Assembly (NCBI GenBank): GCA_963701965.1
Contig: OY969695.1
Coordinates: forward strand, 864,001-928,000
Direction of reading: 5' to 3'
Length of the DNA stretch: 64,000 bases
Source: an uncultured Gemmatimonadales bacterium
GTDB taxonomy: Bacteria; Gemmatimonadota; Gemmatimonadetes; Gemmatimonadales; Gemmatimonadaceae
In this document: one piece after another, positions 48,939 to 58,913 of the stretch
How positions within the stretch are numbered: position 1 is the first letter of the stretch
Layout of the letters: every line of letters begins with the position of its first letter
Position numbers and translations under genes: made by a program
Notes under the pieces: generated by a model
Database searches by the model: none
Told to the model about the DNA's origin: nothing
Seen by the model: the letters and a program-made list of their open reading frames with translations, nothing else

Positions 48939-48967
48939 TTGACAGTACTTCCGGCCGCTCGTATGTT
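48939..48967 (+). promoter_or_regulatory. Sigma70 promoter for crp-like gene
   Basis: TTGACA-17-TATGTT, ATG 11 nt downstream. Confidence 0.75.
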
Positions 48968-48977
48968 CCCGCCCAGC

Positions 48978-49649
48978 ATGGAAATAGCCGACTTCCTTGC
49001 GACGGTCCCCCTGCTTGGTCAGATCCCGACCGAGGAGCTGGGGCGGTTCGCGGAAGTAACCCGGGAAAAGCAGTACCCCAGAGGCAGCGTCATCCTGTTC
49101 GAGGATGACCCGGGCGACTCGCTTTTCATCGTGCGGGACGGCCGGGTCAAGGTCGTGCTCGTCGGTGAAGACGGGCGCGAGGTCATCCTCGGCGTCTTGG
49201 GGGTTGGCGAGCACTTCGGCGAGCTGTCCTTGATTGATGACCAGCCGAGGTCGGCCCACGTCATCGCCATGGAAGACTCGAATCTGCTCGTGCTCCGACG
49301 CAATGATTTTCGCCGCCGCGTCGAGGCGACGCCGGCCGTCGCCTGGGCGCTGTTGTCGGAGCTGTCGCGGCGCCTGCGGCGGGCGGACGGGAAGATCGGC
49401 GGGCTCGTGCTGCTCGACGTGCCGGGACGCATCGCGCGCCTGCTGCTGGACTTCGCCGAGGAAGGCGGCGGGACGATCGAAAAGCCCTTGACCCACCAGA
49501 CCATCGCCCAGATGATCGGCGCCAGCCGCGAGACCGTGTCGCGGGCGATGCGGGAATTTCAGGACGCGGGTTGGATCGGCGTCGAGCGGCGAAAGATCTC
49601 GGTGACCGACCGCGCCGCCCTCCTGGCCCGGGCCCAGGCTCGCGAGTGA
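48978..49649 (+). CDS. Crp-family cyclic-nucleotide-binding transcription factor
   Basis: FGELSL..PRSA cNMP pocket; [12 protein letters not shown]. Confidence 0.93.
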   Translation: MEIADFLATVPLLGQIPTEELGRFAEVTREKQYPRGSVILFEDDPGDSLFIVRDGRVKVVLVGEDGREVILGVLGVGEHFGELSLIDDQPRSAHVIAMEDSNLLVLRRNDFRRRVEATPAVAWALLSELSRRLRRADGKIGGLVLLDVPGRIARLLLDFAEEGGGTIEKPLTHQTIAQMIGASRETVSRAMREFQDAGWIGVERRKISVTDRAALLARAQARE

Positions 49650-49687
49650 TGGGGATCACGCCGCGCGGCGCACCGTAGGGGCACATT
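49645..49687 (+). promoter_or_regulatory. CRP box plus -10 element (class II geometry)
   Basis: aGTGA-tgggga-TCACg at 49645-49660; CACATT at 49682-49687. Confidence 0.55.
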
Positions 49688-49697
49688 TGCACGTATC

Positions 49698-50572
49698 ATG
49701 ACGCTCACTGTGCGCTTCTGGGGCACGCGGGGCTCGATCCCGAGCCCCGGGGCTCAAACGGTGCGATACGGCGGCAACACGCCGTGCGTCGAGTTGCGGA
49801 CGGCCGACGACCAGCTCGTGGTCCTCGACGCGGGCACGGGCATCCGCGAGTTGGGCCGGTCCTTGATCGACCGCGCGCACGGGATGCCGATTCGCGGCGA
49901 CATCTTTCTGACCCACGCCCACTGGGATCACATCCAGGGGCTGCCGTTCTTCGCGCCGGTCTTTCGCGAAGGCAATCACTTCACGATTTGGGGCTCCAAA
50001 GCGATGGAGACGAGCATCGGCCGCGTGCTGCGCGACCAATGTCACCCGTCGTCTTTCCCATCACGTTCGACCAGCTCGCGGCGTCGATCGAGGTGCGGGA
50101 GCTGTCGGATCGCCTCTCCCTCAAGCGCGCGCTCAATGTACGGGCGTTTCCGGTCCAACACCCCGGCGGGGCCCTGGGCTATCGCTTTACGCCCAACGGA
50201 AACGTCGCGGCAGAGTCCCTCGTCTACATATCGGACAACGAGTTGAGCCCGGCTGGTATCTATGAGTCACCCGCTACCTGGCAGCGCGACTTGATCGCGT
50301 TCTGCCGTGGGGCGGGCGTTTTGGTGCATGACTCAATGTTCACGACCGAGGAGTACCAGCAGCACGTGGGCTGGGGCCACTCGACGTACGAAGACGCAGT
50401 CGCGTTGGCGCTGGAGGCCGAGGTGGAACGGCTGGTCCTGTTCCACCACAAGCCGGAGCGTACGGATGACGAAGTCGATCGCCGGACCGACGAGTGCCGG
50501 GCACTCGTCGCGCAGCGCGGTGGCCGGCTGGAAATCCTGGCGGCCGCCGAGGGACTCACGTTGACGGTTTGA
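49698..50572 (+). CDS. MBL-fold metallohydrolase (putative cyclic phosphodiesterase); frameshift near 50039
   Basis: FWGTRGS, YGGNT.C, DAGTG, THAHWDHIQG, GWGHS, LFHH.P. Confidence 0.88.
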
Positions 50573-50594
50573 CTCCCCGATAGGAGGAGTGCGC

Positions 50595-51290
50595 ATGTAT
50601 CGCCAGACGCTCGCCGTTCTCTCCGCAGTCGCGGTCGCCCTTCCCGCCTTGGCTCAGACGACCGATACCCGCCCGACGGTCGCCGTGATGTACTTCGACA
50701 ACGGCGCCATGGGGAAGCAGCACGAGGACTTCGATCCGCTCACCAAAGGCATGGCCGACCTGCTCATCACCGAGTTCTCGGCCGACACCGCGATTCGCGT
50801 CGTGGAGCGCGATCAGCTGCAGAAGCTGATGGATGAGCAGAACATCGATCCGAAACGGGTCTCGCAAGAGACCATCGTGCATCTCGGGAAGTTGCTCGGC
50901 GCGCACCACATGATCTTCGGCGGGTTCGTCGCCGACCAGAGCGGCAAGATGATCCTGACCAGCCGCGCCGTCGACGTCGAGACATCCCAGGTCGAGTACA
51001 CGGCCCGCGTCAACGGCAACACGAACAACGCGCTGAGCATGGTCACGCAGCTCGCCGACACCATGATCCGCGGGATGCGGCTCCCGCAGTTGGACGTCAA
51101 AGCCCGCTCGGCGCGCGCCGACGAAGCCAAGAAAGTCCCGTTCGAGACCGTGATGCTGTATTCGCGCGGCCTGGCCGAGGAAGACAAAGGCAACAAGGGC
51201 AAAGCCGTCGAGTACTACAAGGCGTCGTTGAACAAGTTTCCCGAGTACGAACCCTCCAAGAAGCGCCTGGCCACGCTCAGCTCCGGCTGA
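50595..51290 (+). CDS. Exported CsgG/HfaB/FlgO-like protein with C-terminal TPR
   Basis: Signal peptide ALA-Q; TVAVMYFDN, RVVER.QL, LGKLLGA, VDVETS; TPR helix pair. Confidence 0.8.
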   Translation: MYRQTLAVLSAVAVALPALAQTTDTRPTVAVMYFDNGAMGKQHEDFDPLTKGMADLLITEFSADTAIRVVERDQLQKLMDEQNIDPKRVSQETIVHLGKLLGAHHMIFGGFVADQSGKMILTSRAVDVETSQVEYTARVNGNTNNALSMVTQLADTMIRGMRLPQLDVKARSARADEAKKVPFETVMLYSRGLAEEDKGNKGKAVEYYKASLNKFPEYEPSKKRLATLSSG

Positions 51291-51299
51291 GCCGGTGCC

Positions 51300-53178
51300 G
51301 TGCACGCGCTCCTGATCGTCGCCGGCACCGGGATCGACCTTCCCCGGCTGCCGGAGGAAATCGAAGTGCGGCGGGTGCGGGCGTTTCCGTTGATGGAGAC
51401 GCTGGAACCCGAGCGCCCGACCGTGATACTGGTCGCCACCGAGACGAAGCCCGAACTGATCGCCGCCGCCGCTGACGCGGCGGCGATCGTCGTTCTGGGC
51501 GGTCCGACGCCCCCGCCCGACCTCCCCATCGCCGGGTATCTGCCTCCCGGAGCCGAGCCGGCGCTTGTCGTGACGCAGATCCGGGCGGGATTCCGCCACG
51601 CGGGCGCGCTGTGCGCCGCGTCGGCGGCGCGCGCGGCCGAAGCCCGCCGCTATCGGGAGCTGACCGAGCTGACACATATCGGCGTCGCCTTGTCGACGGA
51701 GCGCAACCTGCTGACGCTCCTCGACAAGATCCTGACGCAGGCCCGCCGCATCGCGGACAGCGACGCGGGCTCACTCTACCTGCTGGAGCGCGGCGAGGAC
51801 GGCGGGCCCTCGGCGCTCCGGTTCAAGTTGTCCCAGAACTTCACGCTGCCGAACCTGCCGCTGAGCGAGTTCACGGTGCCGCTCGACCACGCGAGCCTGG
51901 CCGGCTACGCAGCGTCCACGGGCGAACCGCTGGTCATCGACAATGTGTACCAGCTGCCCGCCGACGTGCCCTATCGGCAGAACCGCAGCTTCGACGACAA
52001 GTTCGGCTATCGCACGAAATCCACGCTCGTGCTGCCGATGAAGACGCACAAGGACGAAGTCGTCGGCGTGCTGCAGCTGATCAACCGCAAGCCCACCCAC
52101 GACAGCCCGCTGCGGGAAGCCATTGCGTACGACCAGCGATCGGTGGAGCTGGTGACGGCGCTGGCCTCGCAGGCCGCGGTGGCCATTGAGAACAGCCAGC
52201 TGTACGAGAATATCGAACGGTTGTTCGAGGGATTCGTCACGGCCGCCGTAACGGCGATCGAGTCCCGCGACCCGACGACGTACGGACACTCGGCCCGTGT
52301 GGCGGCCCTGAGCGTGGCGCTGGCCGAAGTCGTCGATCGCGGCGGCGGCGAAGGCGCCTACCGCGTCACGCGATTCTCCCGGGCGCAGTTGCGGGAATTA
52401 CGGTACGCGGGCCTGCTGCACGACTTCGGAAAAGTGGGCGTGCGCGAGCAGGTGCTGATCAAGCAGAAGAAGCTCTACCCGCTCAACGCCGATCTCATCC
52501 GCCTACGCTTCGCCGTCCTGGCGCAGGCCGCGGAAGCGCAATTCGAGCGGGCGCGCGCCGACTACCTCATGCAACCCCGCGAAGGGATCGACTACGACGC
52601 GTTCGTCGAGAGGATCCAGCGCGAGCTCGAATGACACCCGGAGCCAACTGGAGCGCCTCTACCAGGCCGTGCGGTCCGCGAATGAACCGGCGCTGGACGT
52701 GGAGAAGAGCGCCGAGCCGCTCTCCACCTTGGCCGGGCTCATGTTCAACGATCTCGATGGCGAGTGCCGCCCGGTCCTGACCGACGACGAGCAGCGGTGG
52801 CTGTCGATCCGGCGCGGAAACCTGGACGACGAAGAGCGGCGCGAGATCGAATCCCACGTCACGCACACGTTCCGGTTTCTGCGACAGATTCCCTGGACGC
52901 GGGAGCTGCGGCACGTGCCGGACATCGCCTTCGCCCATCACGAGAAGCTCAACGGGCGTGGCTATCCGCGGGCGTTGGACGCCCAGGCGATCCCGGTCCA
53001 GGCGCGCATCATGACGATCGCCGACATCTACGACGCCTTGACGGCGGCGGATCGTCCCTACAAGCGCGCGGTCAGCGCCGAGCGGGCGCTCGAGATCTTG
53101 AACGACGAGATGCGCGCGGGGGCCATCGACCCTGACCTGCTGCGCACGTTCATCGCCGCGCGCGTCTACGCGACGTGA
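51300..53178 (+). CDS. GAF plus HD-GYP phosphodiesterase; frameshift near 52630
   Basis: DAGSLYL, FD.KFGYRTKS, VLQLIN, LLHDFGK, HHEKLNGRGYP, IADIYDAL, RPYK; frames join as ELDDTRSQL after removing one base at GAATG 52629-52633. Confidence 0.9.
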
Positions 53179-54694
53179 GGTAGCCGGCGACCAGCGCCAA
53201 CGTGGACACGGCGGCCACACCGCCGATCCAGTCGCCCCATCGCACGTACGGTGTGATCACCGACGTCGTCTGCGCGTCGTACGTGCGCGCGGCCGGCACA
53301 AAGAGATCCGTGGCGCCGTGCACGCGGCCGAGGGGATCGACATACTCGGAGATGCCGGTGTTCGCCGCCCGCACAATGCCGATGCGATTTTCAATGGCGC
53401 GGAGCCGCAGATGGGCCACGTGTTGATAGGGCGCCATGCTGCGGCCGAACCACGCATCGTTGGTGATGTTGGCCAGCACGTCGGCGCCCGAGCGGCGATA
53501 GTGGCGGGCGAGATCGGGAAAGATCGACTCATAGCAAATGAGCACTCCCAGTCGCCCGAACGGCAGCTGGAAGGGCTCCGGGTCGACGCCACGCCCGAAG
53601 CCGCCGAAGTACTTGAGCCCCTCGAACCATCGCGGGTTCACGAACGGCACGCGCTCGACGATCGGGACCAGGTATTCTTTGTGATACGCGGGCTGGGCGC
53701 CGAGCTGTCCCGTCGAATCGGCCAGTTCGGCCGCGTTGAAATAGTCGTAGGACACCGGCGATAGCCAAGTCACGTCGAGCACGCCGAAGAGCAGCGGCGT
53801 ATGCGTCTCCGCGGCCAACGCCCGCAGGGAGTCGCGCCACTCGCCGTGGTTCGACAGAAAGTCCGGCAGCGACGCCTCGGGCCACACGATGAGCGCCGGC
53901 TTGGGCCCTCGAACCAGACCGGCCCGCGTGGCGCTGGCCATGATTCCCATGAAGCGCGGCCGGTTCGCCTCTTGGATCTTCTCGTCCTCGGGCACGTTCG
54001 GTTGGATCACGGCGATCGGCGCCAACGCGCGGAGCGGCGTAGTCGCGAGGCGCCACGTCCCATAGGCGTAGACCCCCGCGCCGAGCGCGAGGATGCCCGC
54101 TACTCGAACGGCCACGCGCCGTCGCGTGAGTATGGCATCCGCGATAAGCCCGTTGGTTATCGCGATCCAGGCCGTGAGACCGTGCACGCCGCTCAGATCA
54201 GCGAGTTGCGCGAAGTGGGGGAACGTGGAGACGGCGAGGCCCAGCGTGAGCCAGGGAAACGCCAGGTCGCCCAGATGCAGGAGGACGAGCTCGGAGCACA
54301 CCCAGACCGTGGGCAGGAGCACGGCGAAGGGCCAGCCCGTGAAGCGGCGGGCAGCCCAGAGCGCGGCGGTGGTCAGCGCGAACCAGGGCGCCAGCCAGAC
54401 CAACGCGGCCACGTAGCCCAGGCTCGCCAGCCACGTAAAGATCGACAGCGCGACCGCGATCCAGTAGAGATTGGCGCCGTACCCGAGGAGACCAAACCAC
54501 AGCCCCACGCGCGCCGCGCTGCCCGCCGTCGGCGCCCGATCCACGGCGACCGCCAGCGGCACGAGGCACACGAACGCCGGCACGAACAGGCGGAGCGGCG
54601 GAAACGCGAGCGCGAACAGCAGTGATGCGCCCACGGCCGCCGTGAGCTCCGCGCGCGACGGCCGGAGGACGCGACGCCGGGAGAGGCCGGTCAC
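53150..54694 (-). CDS. lnt: Apolipoprotein N-acyltransferase
   Basis: FPW, QPN, WPEA, K..LVP..E, ICYESIFP, TNDAWF, ANTGIS. Confidence 0.94.
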   Translation of the reverse strand: MTGLSRRRVLRPSRAELTAAVGASLLFALAFPPLRLFVPAFVCLVPLAVAVDRAPTAGSAARVGLWFGLLGYGANLYWIAVALSIFTWLASLGYVAALVWLAPWFALTTAALWAARRFTGWPFAVLLPTVWVCSELVLLHLGDLAFPWLTLGLAVSTFPHFAQLADLSGVHGLTAWIAITNGLIADAILTRRRVAVRVAGILALGAGVYAYGTWRLATTPLRALAPIAVIQPNVPEDEKIQEANRPRFMGIMASATRAGLVRGPKPALIVWPEASLPDFLSNHGEWRDSLRALAAETHTPLLFGVLDVTWLSPVSYDYFNAAELADSTGQLGAQPAYHKEYLVPIVERVPFVNPRWFEGLKYFGGFGRGVDPEPFQLPFGRLGVLICYESIFPDLARHYRRSGADVLANITNDAWFGRSMAPYQHVAHLRLRAIENRIGIVRAANTGISEYVDPLGRVHGATDLFVPAARTYDAQTTSVITPYVRWGDWIGGVAAVSTLALVAGYLTSRRRARR

Positions 54695-55707
54695 AATTTG
54701 ATCTCTTTCTCCTCGTCCGCCGACCGGTAGATCGCTTCGACGATCCGGTGTACCGTGAGCTGATCCGTCGGCGCCTCGTGCTTGATCTCGCCGCGCACGA
54801 CGGCCACGAGATGCGCCAGCTCGGCGCGATACGACTGGATGAACACACTCTCGCGGGCGGCGGCTCCGGTGGGGGAGACGTCCGTCGGCCGGCCATTGAG
54901 GGACTTGATGACGCGGAGCGGCGACAAACGCGCGCTGCCGCGCGTCGACAGCACCTCGAACCACCACCGCTCTTCTTCACCCACGTAATTCCACGACAGA
55001 TCGAACGAGAGCGACACGCCCTGCGTGCACTCCAGGTGCACGAGCATGGTGTCCTCTACGGTGTGGACGCCGCGGCCGCGCTCCATATGGGCCGTCACCC
55101 GCACCGGATCGGGAAAATCCGCCAACCACAGGGCCAGATCCAGCAGCGGCACGCCGTGCTCGAAGAACACGCCGCCCCCGGCCTCGGCCCGCCGCGAACG
55201 CCAGCCGTCGGTCGGCCGCGCCAGCTGGTAGGATCCGGAGCGAACGCCGAAGAGGCGGCCCAACTCGCCACCCGCCATGAAGCAATGCAGCGCTTGGACA
55301 TCGCTCCGGAATCAATGGTTGTTGGCGACGACGATCGCCCGGTCGGCGCGGTCCGACGCGGCCAGGATCCGCTCCACGCCACGGGCCGTGAGGGCCAGCG
55401 GGCGTTCGCAGAGCACGTGCACCTTGGCCGCCAACGCCCGGAGGACGTGCGGCTCGTGCAGGTGGTTCGGCGTCGCGATGATGACCGCGTCCAGCTCGTC
55501 GAACTCCAGCAAGTCGTCGATATCCGTGAAGACGTCGCGGACTTGAAAGCGGTCGGCGAGCGCGCGGGCCTTGGGTCCATCGCTGTCGCACAAGGCGACG
55601 ACTTCGACGCCGCGCATCTTGGCCAGGACCGGCAGGTGGGCCAGCTGGGCGATGGCGCCGACGCCGAGAAGGGCAATGCGGGTCGGTGCGGGGGTCGTCG
55701 GGCTCAC
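54691..55707 (-). CDS. Gfo/Idh/MocA oxidoreductase with in-frame TGA at 55312-55314
   Basis: GVGAIA, ATPNHLH, HVLCERP, NNH*FRSD (Arg expected), GGGVFFEHG; both ORFs share a frame. Confidence 0.85.
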
Positions 55708-56450
55708 CGTTGCCGCTCCGGTCCGAAGAGATAGCGTCCGCCGGCGCGCAGTGTGCCGAAGCGGTCCCCGCTCAGGAGATCATAGCGGGCCTGGCCGTCG
55801 GCAATGAGCCACGAGGCGAGCCGCACCTCGAGGCCGACGGCGCCGGCCACCCCTGGTGAAAAGCCATCCAACGTGTGCTCGACGATCGTGCCGCGGATCG
55901 CCGCACCGGATGCGTCCTGCACATGCGTGGCGACGCCGGCCGTGAGGTACGGCCGGAGGAAGCTCTGCGCGCGCAACGGCGAGAACCGGAGGTCGATGCT
56001 CAGGACCACGTCGGAAATCGAGATCTTCTGATAGCGCAGCGAGTCAGTCGGGCTCGGGTTGATCACACTGTTCCGGTAGATGGTGTTGATCAAGGTGTGC
56101 ACGGCCGCATCGGTGTACCGCGAGGACCATACGGCCGCTCCGACGAACAACCGCCAGTGCGGGATGATCTCACCGTAGTCGGCCTCCACGGAATATGTCG
56201 CGGCGGGCTCGATTTGCAGGGGCGAGACCACCCCTCCGGTCACCCCAATGCCATCCAGGCGGAGCTTGTCCAGGTTCAGGTACTGGATCAGCGACGGCTT
56301 TTTGTGCGCCGTGGTATCCCTGGCGGTCGTGTCGCGGGCCGTCGTGTCGCGCCGCGCTACGCTGTCGCGATGGCTGGTGGTGTCCTGCGCGCCGGCCACC
56401 CTCGTGAGCACGCAAACGGCGCCAAGCGACAGGCTAGTCCACAGTCGCAA
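55704..56450 (-). CDS. Exported, probably outer-membrane beta-barrel protein with N-terminal RDTTA repeats
   Basis: Signal-like N-terminus, RPYLTAG and alternating strands, GRYLF near the C-terminus; start uncertain. Confidence 0.6.
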   Translation of the reverse strand: MRLWTSLSLGAVCVLTRVAGAQDTTSHRDSVARRDTTARDTTARDTTAHKKPSLIQYLNLDKLRLDGIGVTGGVVSPLQIEPAATYSVEADYGEIIPHWRLFVGAAVWSSRYTDAAVHTLINTIYRNSVINPSPTDSLRYQKISISDVVLSIDLRFSPLRAQSFLRPYLTAGVATHVQDASGAAIRGTIVEHTLDGFSPGVAGAVGLEVRLASWLIADGQARYDLLSGDRFGTLRAGGRYLFGPERQR

Positions 56451-57639
56451 GCGTCGTCCCCGGGTAGTACGTCGCGAGGATCGTCTCGTAGCCCTGACCG
56501 GCGCGCGCGCGTCCGATGGCCCCGGCCTGGCACATGCCGACCCCGTGGCCGTTGCCGAACCCACGCAGGGTGAGCGAAGCGACATGATTGTCGGCGCCCA
56601 AGTCGGTCTCCGCGACAAAGTAGGTGCTGTTCAGAATCTCGCCGCCCGGCGACCGCAGCACAAAGCGAATATCGTTGCCGCGGAACCGGTACCGGTCGTG
56701 GTCCGTGATGACGGTCAGCGCCGGGATGCGGCCGGAGACACCGGGCGATTCAGCGACCACGGTACGCACCGCACCGACGACGGACGGCCGTTGATGGAGG
56801 TACTGCGCGAGAAGGTTCGCGAGCTCCCTCCCGCTGAACTGACGGGTCCACCGGAACTTGGACGAGCCATCGCAATAGAACCGATCGGTGCCCGGCACCC
56901 GGTCACTGACCGGCCGCAAGTAGGGCTGGTCGCCCTCCTTCCAGACTTCCGACGCCGCGGCCGTGCTGCCGCCGCAGGCGGCGAAATACGGCGCGTTGAC
57001 AATGCGGCCGCCGTACGAGATCACCTCCCGCGCCGTCGCCCGCACGGCCTCGTCACCGAGGCGGGACTCGCCGCTGACCCCGCCGTAGACCTGGTCGGTG
57101 GTCGTCGCGACGAGGTCGAACGGCCGACGGACCAGATCCGGGTCGGCGAGCCGGACGTAGGTATAGCTGCGGGCGGCCACGGCCTGGGCTTCCATCGCCG
57201 CCAGCTCGCCGTCGGTGATCACCCCCAGCTCGAGCGGGATGACGCCGCGCAGGTAGTCCTCGACCGGGAGACGGTTGACGACGAGGAGGCCCTCGCTGGT
57301 CGCGCGGATCTCGAGCTCGCCGCGATAGCGGTGGCCGTCCCACGTGATGAACACGTCATCGGTGGCGGGCCGCGCGATGAGGGGGCCGCTCCGCGTGGCC
57401 GTCTCCCCGCTTTCGTTCGTGACGCGGAGTTTGCCGCCGCGCCGGGTCACGGTCCAGACGCCGCGGCCTGTTCCCCGCACCAGCGTCTTGGTGCCGCCAG
57501 ACTGCAGCAGGAGCCACGTCCCGGTGGCCGAGACGGTGCCCTCACGCGCTCCATTGGCCAGCGCAATGCGCACCAGGTGCTGGGCGGCGGGCGCCGGGGC
57601 CGTGCTGACCGCCCAGGCGAGTGCGGCTACGGCGCGCAC
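56434..57639 (-). CDS. SpoIID/LytB peptidoglycan lytic transglycosylase
   Basis: YRGEL, EDYLRGV..E, AQAVAARSY, DQVYGG, GHGVGMCQ, YYPGT. Confidence 0.92.
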   Translation of the reverse strand: MRAVAALAWAVSTAPAPAAQHLVRIALANGAREGTVSATGTWLLLQSGGTKTLVRGTGRGVWTVTRRGGKLRVTNESGETATRSGPLIARPATDDVFITWDGHRYRGELEIRATSEGLLVVNRLPVEDYLRGVIPLELGVITDGELAAMEAQAVAARSYTYVRLADPDLVRRPFDLVATTTDQVYGGVSGESRLGDEAVRATAREVISYGGRIVNAPYFAACGGSTAAASEVWKEGDQPYLRPVSDRVPGTDRFYCDGSSKFRWTRQFSGRELANLLAQYLHQRPSVVGAVRTVVAESPGVSGRIPALTVITDHDRYRFRGNDIRFVLRSPGGEILNSTYFVAETDLGADNHVASLTLRGFGNGHGVGMCQAGAIGRARAGQGYETILATYYPGTTLATVD

Positions 57640-58913
57640 ATAGCAGCGTCGAAGCGATCCAGCGTTTCGCCGATCTCGTCGGGACCATGCGCCGCCGAAA
57701 CGAAACCGGCCTCGAAGGCCGAAGGCGCCAAATAGACGCCACGATCCAGCAACGCGTGGAACACGCGCGCGTAGCGTGCGGTGTCCGACTGCTTCGCGTC
57801 GGCGAACGAGCGCACGGGTCCCTGGTGAAAGAAGAATCCCCACATCGACCCGGCGGCACCCACCGTGAACGGTACGCCGTGCCGGGCGGCGACCTCGCCG
57901 AGGCCCCGGACCAAGTCCGCGGTGCGCCGCGCGATCCGCTCGTGGAGCGCGGGGGTCAACGCGCGGAGCGTCGCGAGGCCCGCGGCCATGGCCAGCGGAT
58001 TCCCCGAGAGCGTCCCCGCCTGGTACATGGGCCCCGATGGGGCGACGCGCTCCATGAGATCCCGTTTGCCGCCGAAGACAGCGACGGGAAGGCCGCCGCC
58101 AATGACTTTGCCCAGCGTGGTGAGATCGGCGGTGACGCCGAACCGTTCGCGGGCGCCGCCGGGCGCGATGCGAAACCCGGTCATGACTTCGTCGAAGATG
58201 AGCACGGCGTCCGTGCGGTCGGCGATCGCGCGCAGACCCGGGAGAAATTCCGGCAGCGGCTCGATGTAGCCGGCGTTCCCCACCACGGGCTCGACGATGA
58301 TCGCGGCCAGCGAGTCCGCGTAGCGCGCGGCCAACGCCTCCACGGCCGGCAGGTCATTGAACGGCGCGGTCAACGTCAGCTCGGCCAGCGCGGCGGGCAC
58401 GCCGGGGGAGTTGGGAAGACCGAGCGTGGCGACGCCCGATCCGGCCTTCACCAGAAAAGAGTCGGCATGGCCGTGGTAGCACCCGTCGAACTTGAGCACG
58501 CGATCCCGGCCCGTCGCGGCGCGGGCCAGCCGCAGGGCCGACATGGTCGCTTCGGTGCCGCTGGAGACGAAACGCAGCATCTCGAGGTGGGGCATCCGCT
58601 CCCGAATGAGGAGCGCCAGGTCGAGCTCGAGCCCCGTGGGGATGCCAAAGCTTGTCCCCCGCGCCATCACGTCCGCCAACGCATCCAACACTACCGGCGG
58701 CGCGTGGCCGAGTACGAGCGGTCCCCAGGACAGCACGAAGTCGATATAGGAGCGCCCGTCGACGTCCCAGATTCTCGGACCTTCGCCCCTGGCCACGACA
58801 AAGGGCTCGCCGCCTACCCCGCGAAACGCACGCACCGGGGAGTTCACGCCGCCGGGGAAAATCTCCCGCGCGCGGGCCATCAACTCGGCCGAGCGACGAC
58901 CCGCCTCGCTCAC
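57627..58913 (-). CDS. hemL: Glutamate-1-semialdehyde aminotransferase
   Basis: PGGVNSPVRAF, SSGTEATM, FDEVMTGFR, GKVIGGGLP. Confidence 0.97.
   Translation of the reverse strand: MSEAGRRSAELMARAREIFPGGVNSPVRAFRGVGGEPFVVARGEGPRIWDVDGRSYIDFVLSWGPLVLGHAPPVVLDALADVMARGTSFGIPTGLELDLALLIRERMPHLEMLRFVSSGTEATMSALRLARAATGRDRVLKFDGCYHGHADSFLVKAGSGVATLGLPNSPGVPAALAELTLTAPFNDLPAVEALAARYADSLAAIIVEPVVGNAGYIEPLPEFLPGLRAIADRTDAVLIFDEVMTGFRIAPGGARERFGVTADLTTLGKVIGGGLPVAVFGGKRDLMERVAPSGPMYQAGTLSGNPLAMAAGLATLRALTPALHERIARRTADLVRGLGEVAARHGVPFTVGAAGSMWGFFFHQGPVRSFADAKQSDTARYARVFHALLDRGVYLAPSAFEAGFVSAAHGPDEIGETLDRFDAAMCAP

Noticed and set aside
53150..53178. Convergent 3' overlaps (HD-GYP/lnt; also lolA/PanG-like at 43304-43320)
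   Set aside because: Short tail-to-tail overlaps are common in compact GC-rich genomes
21217..55314. TGA recoding (Trp or Sec) suggested by two in-frame TGAs
   Set aside because: They replace different expected residues (Trp, Arg), neither is a Cys position, and many genes here end in TGA
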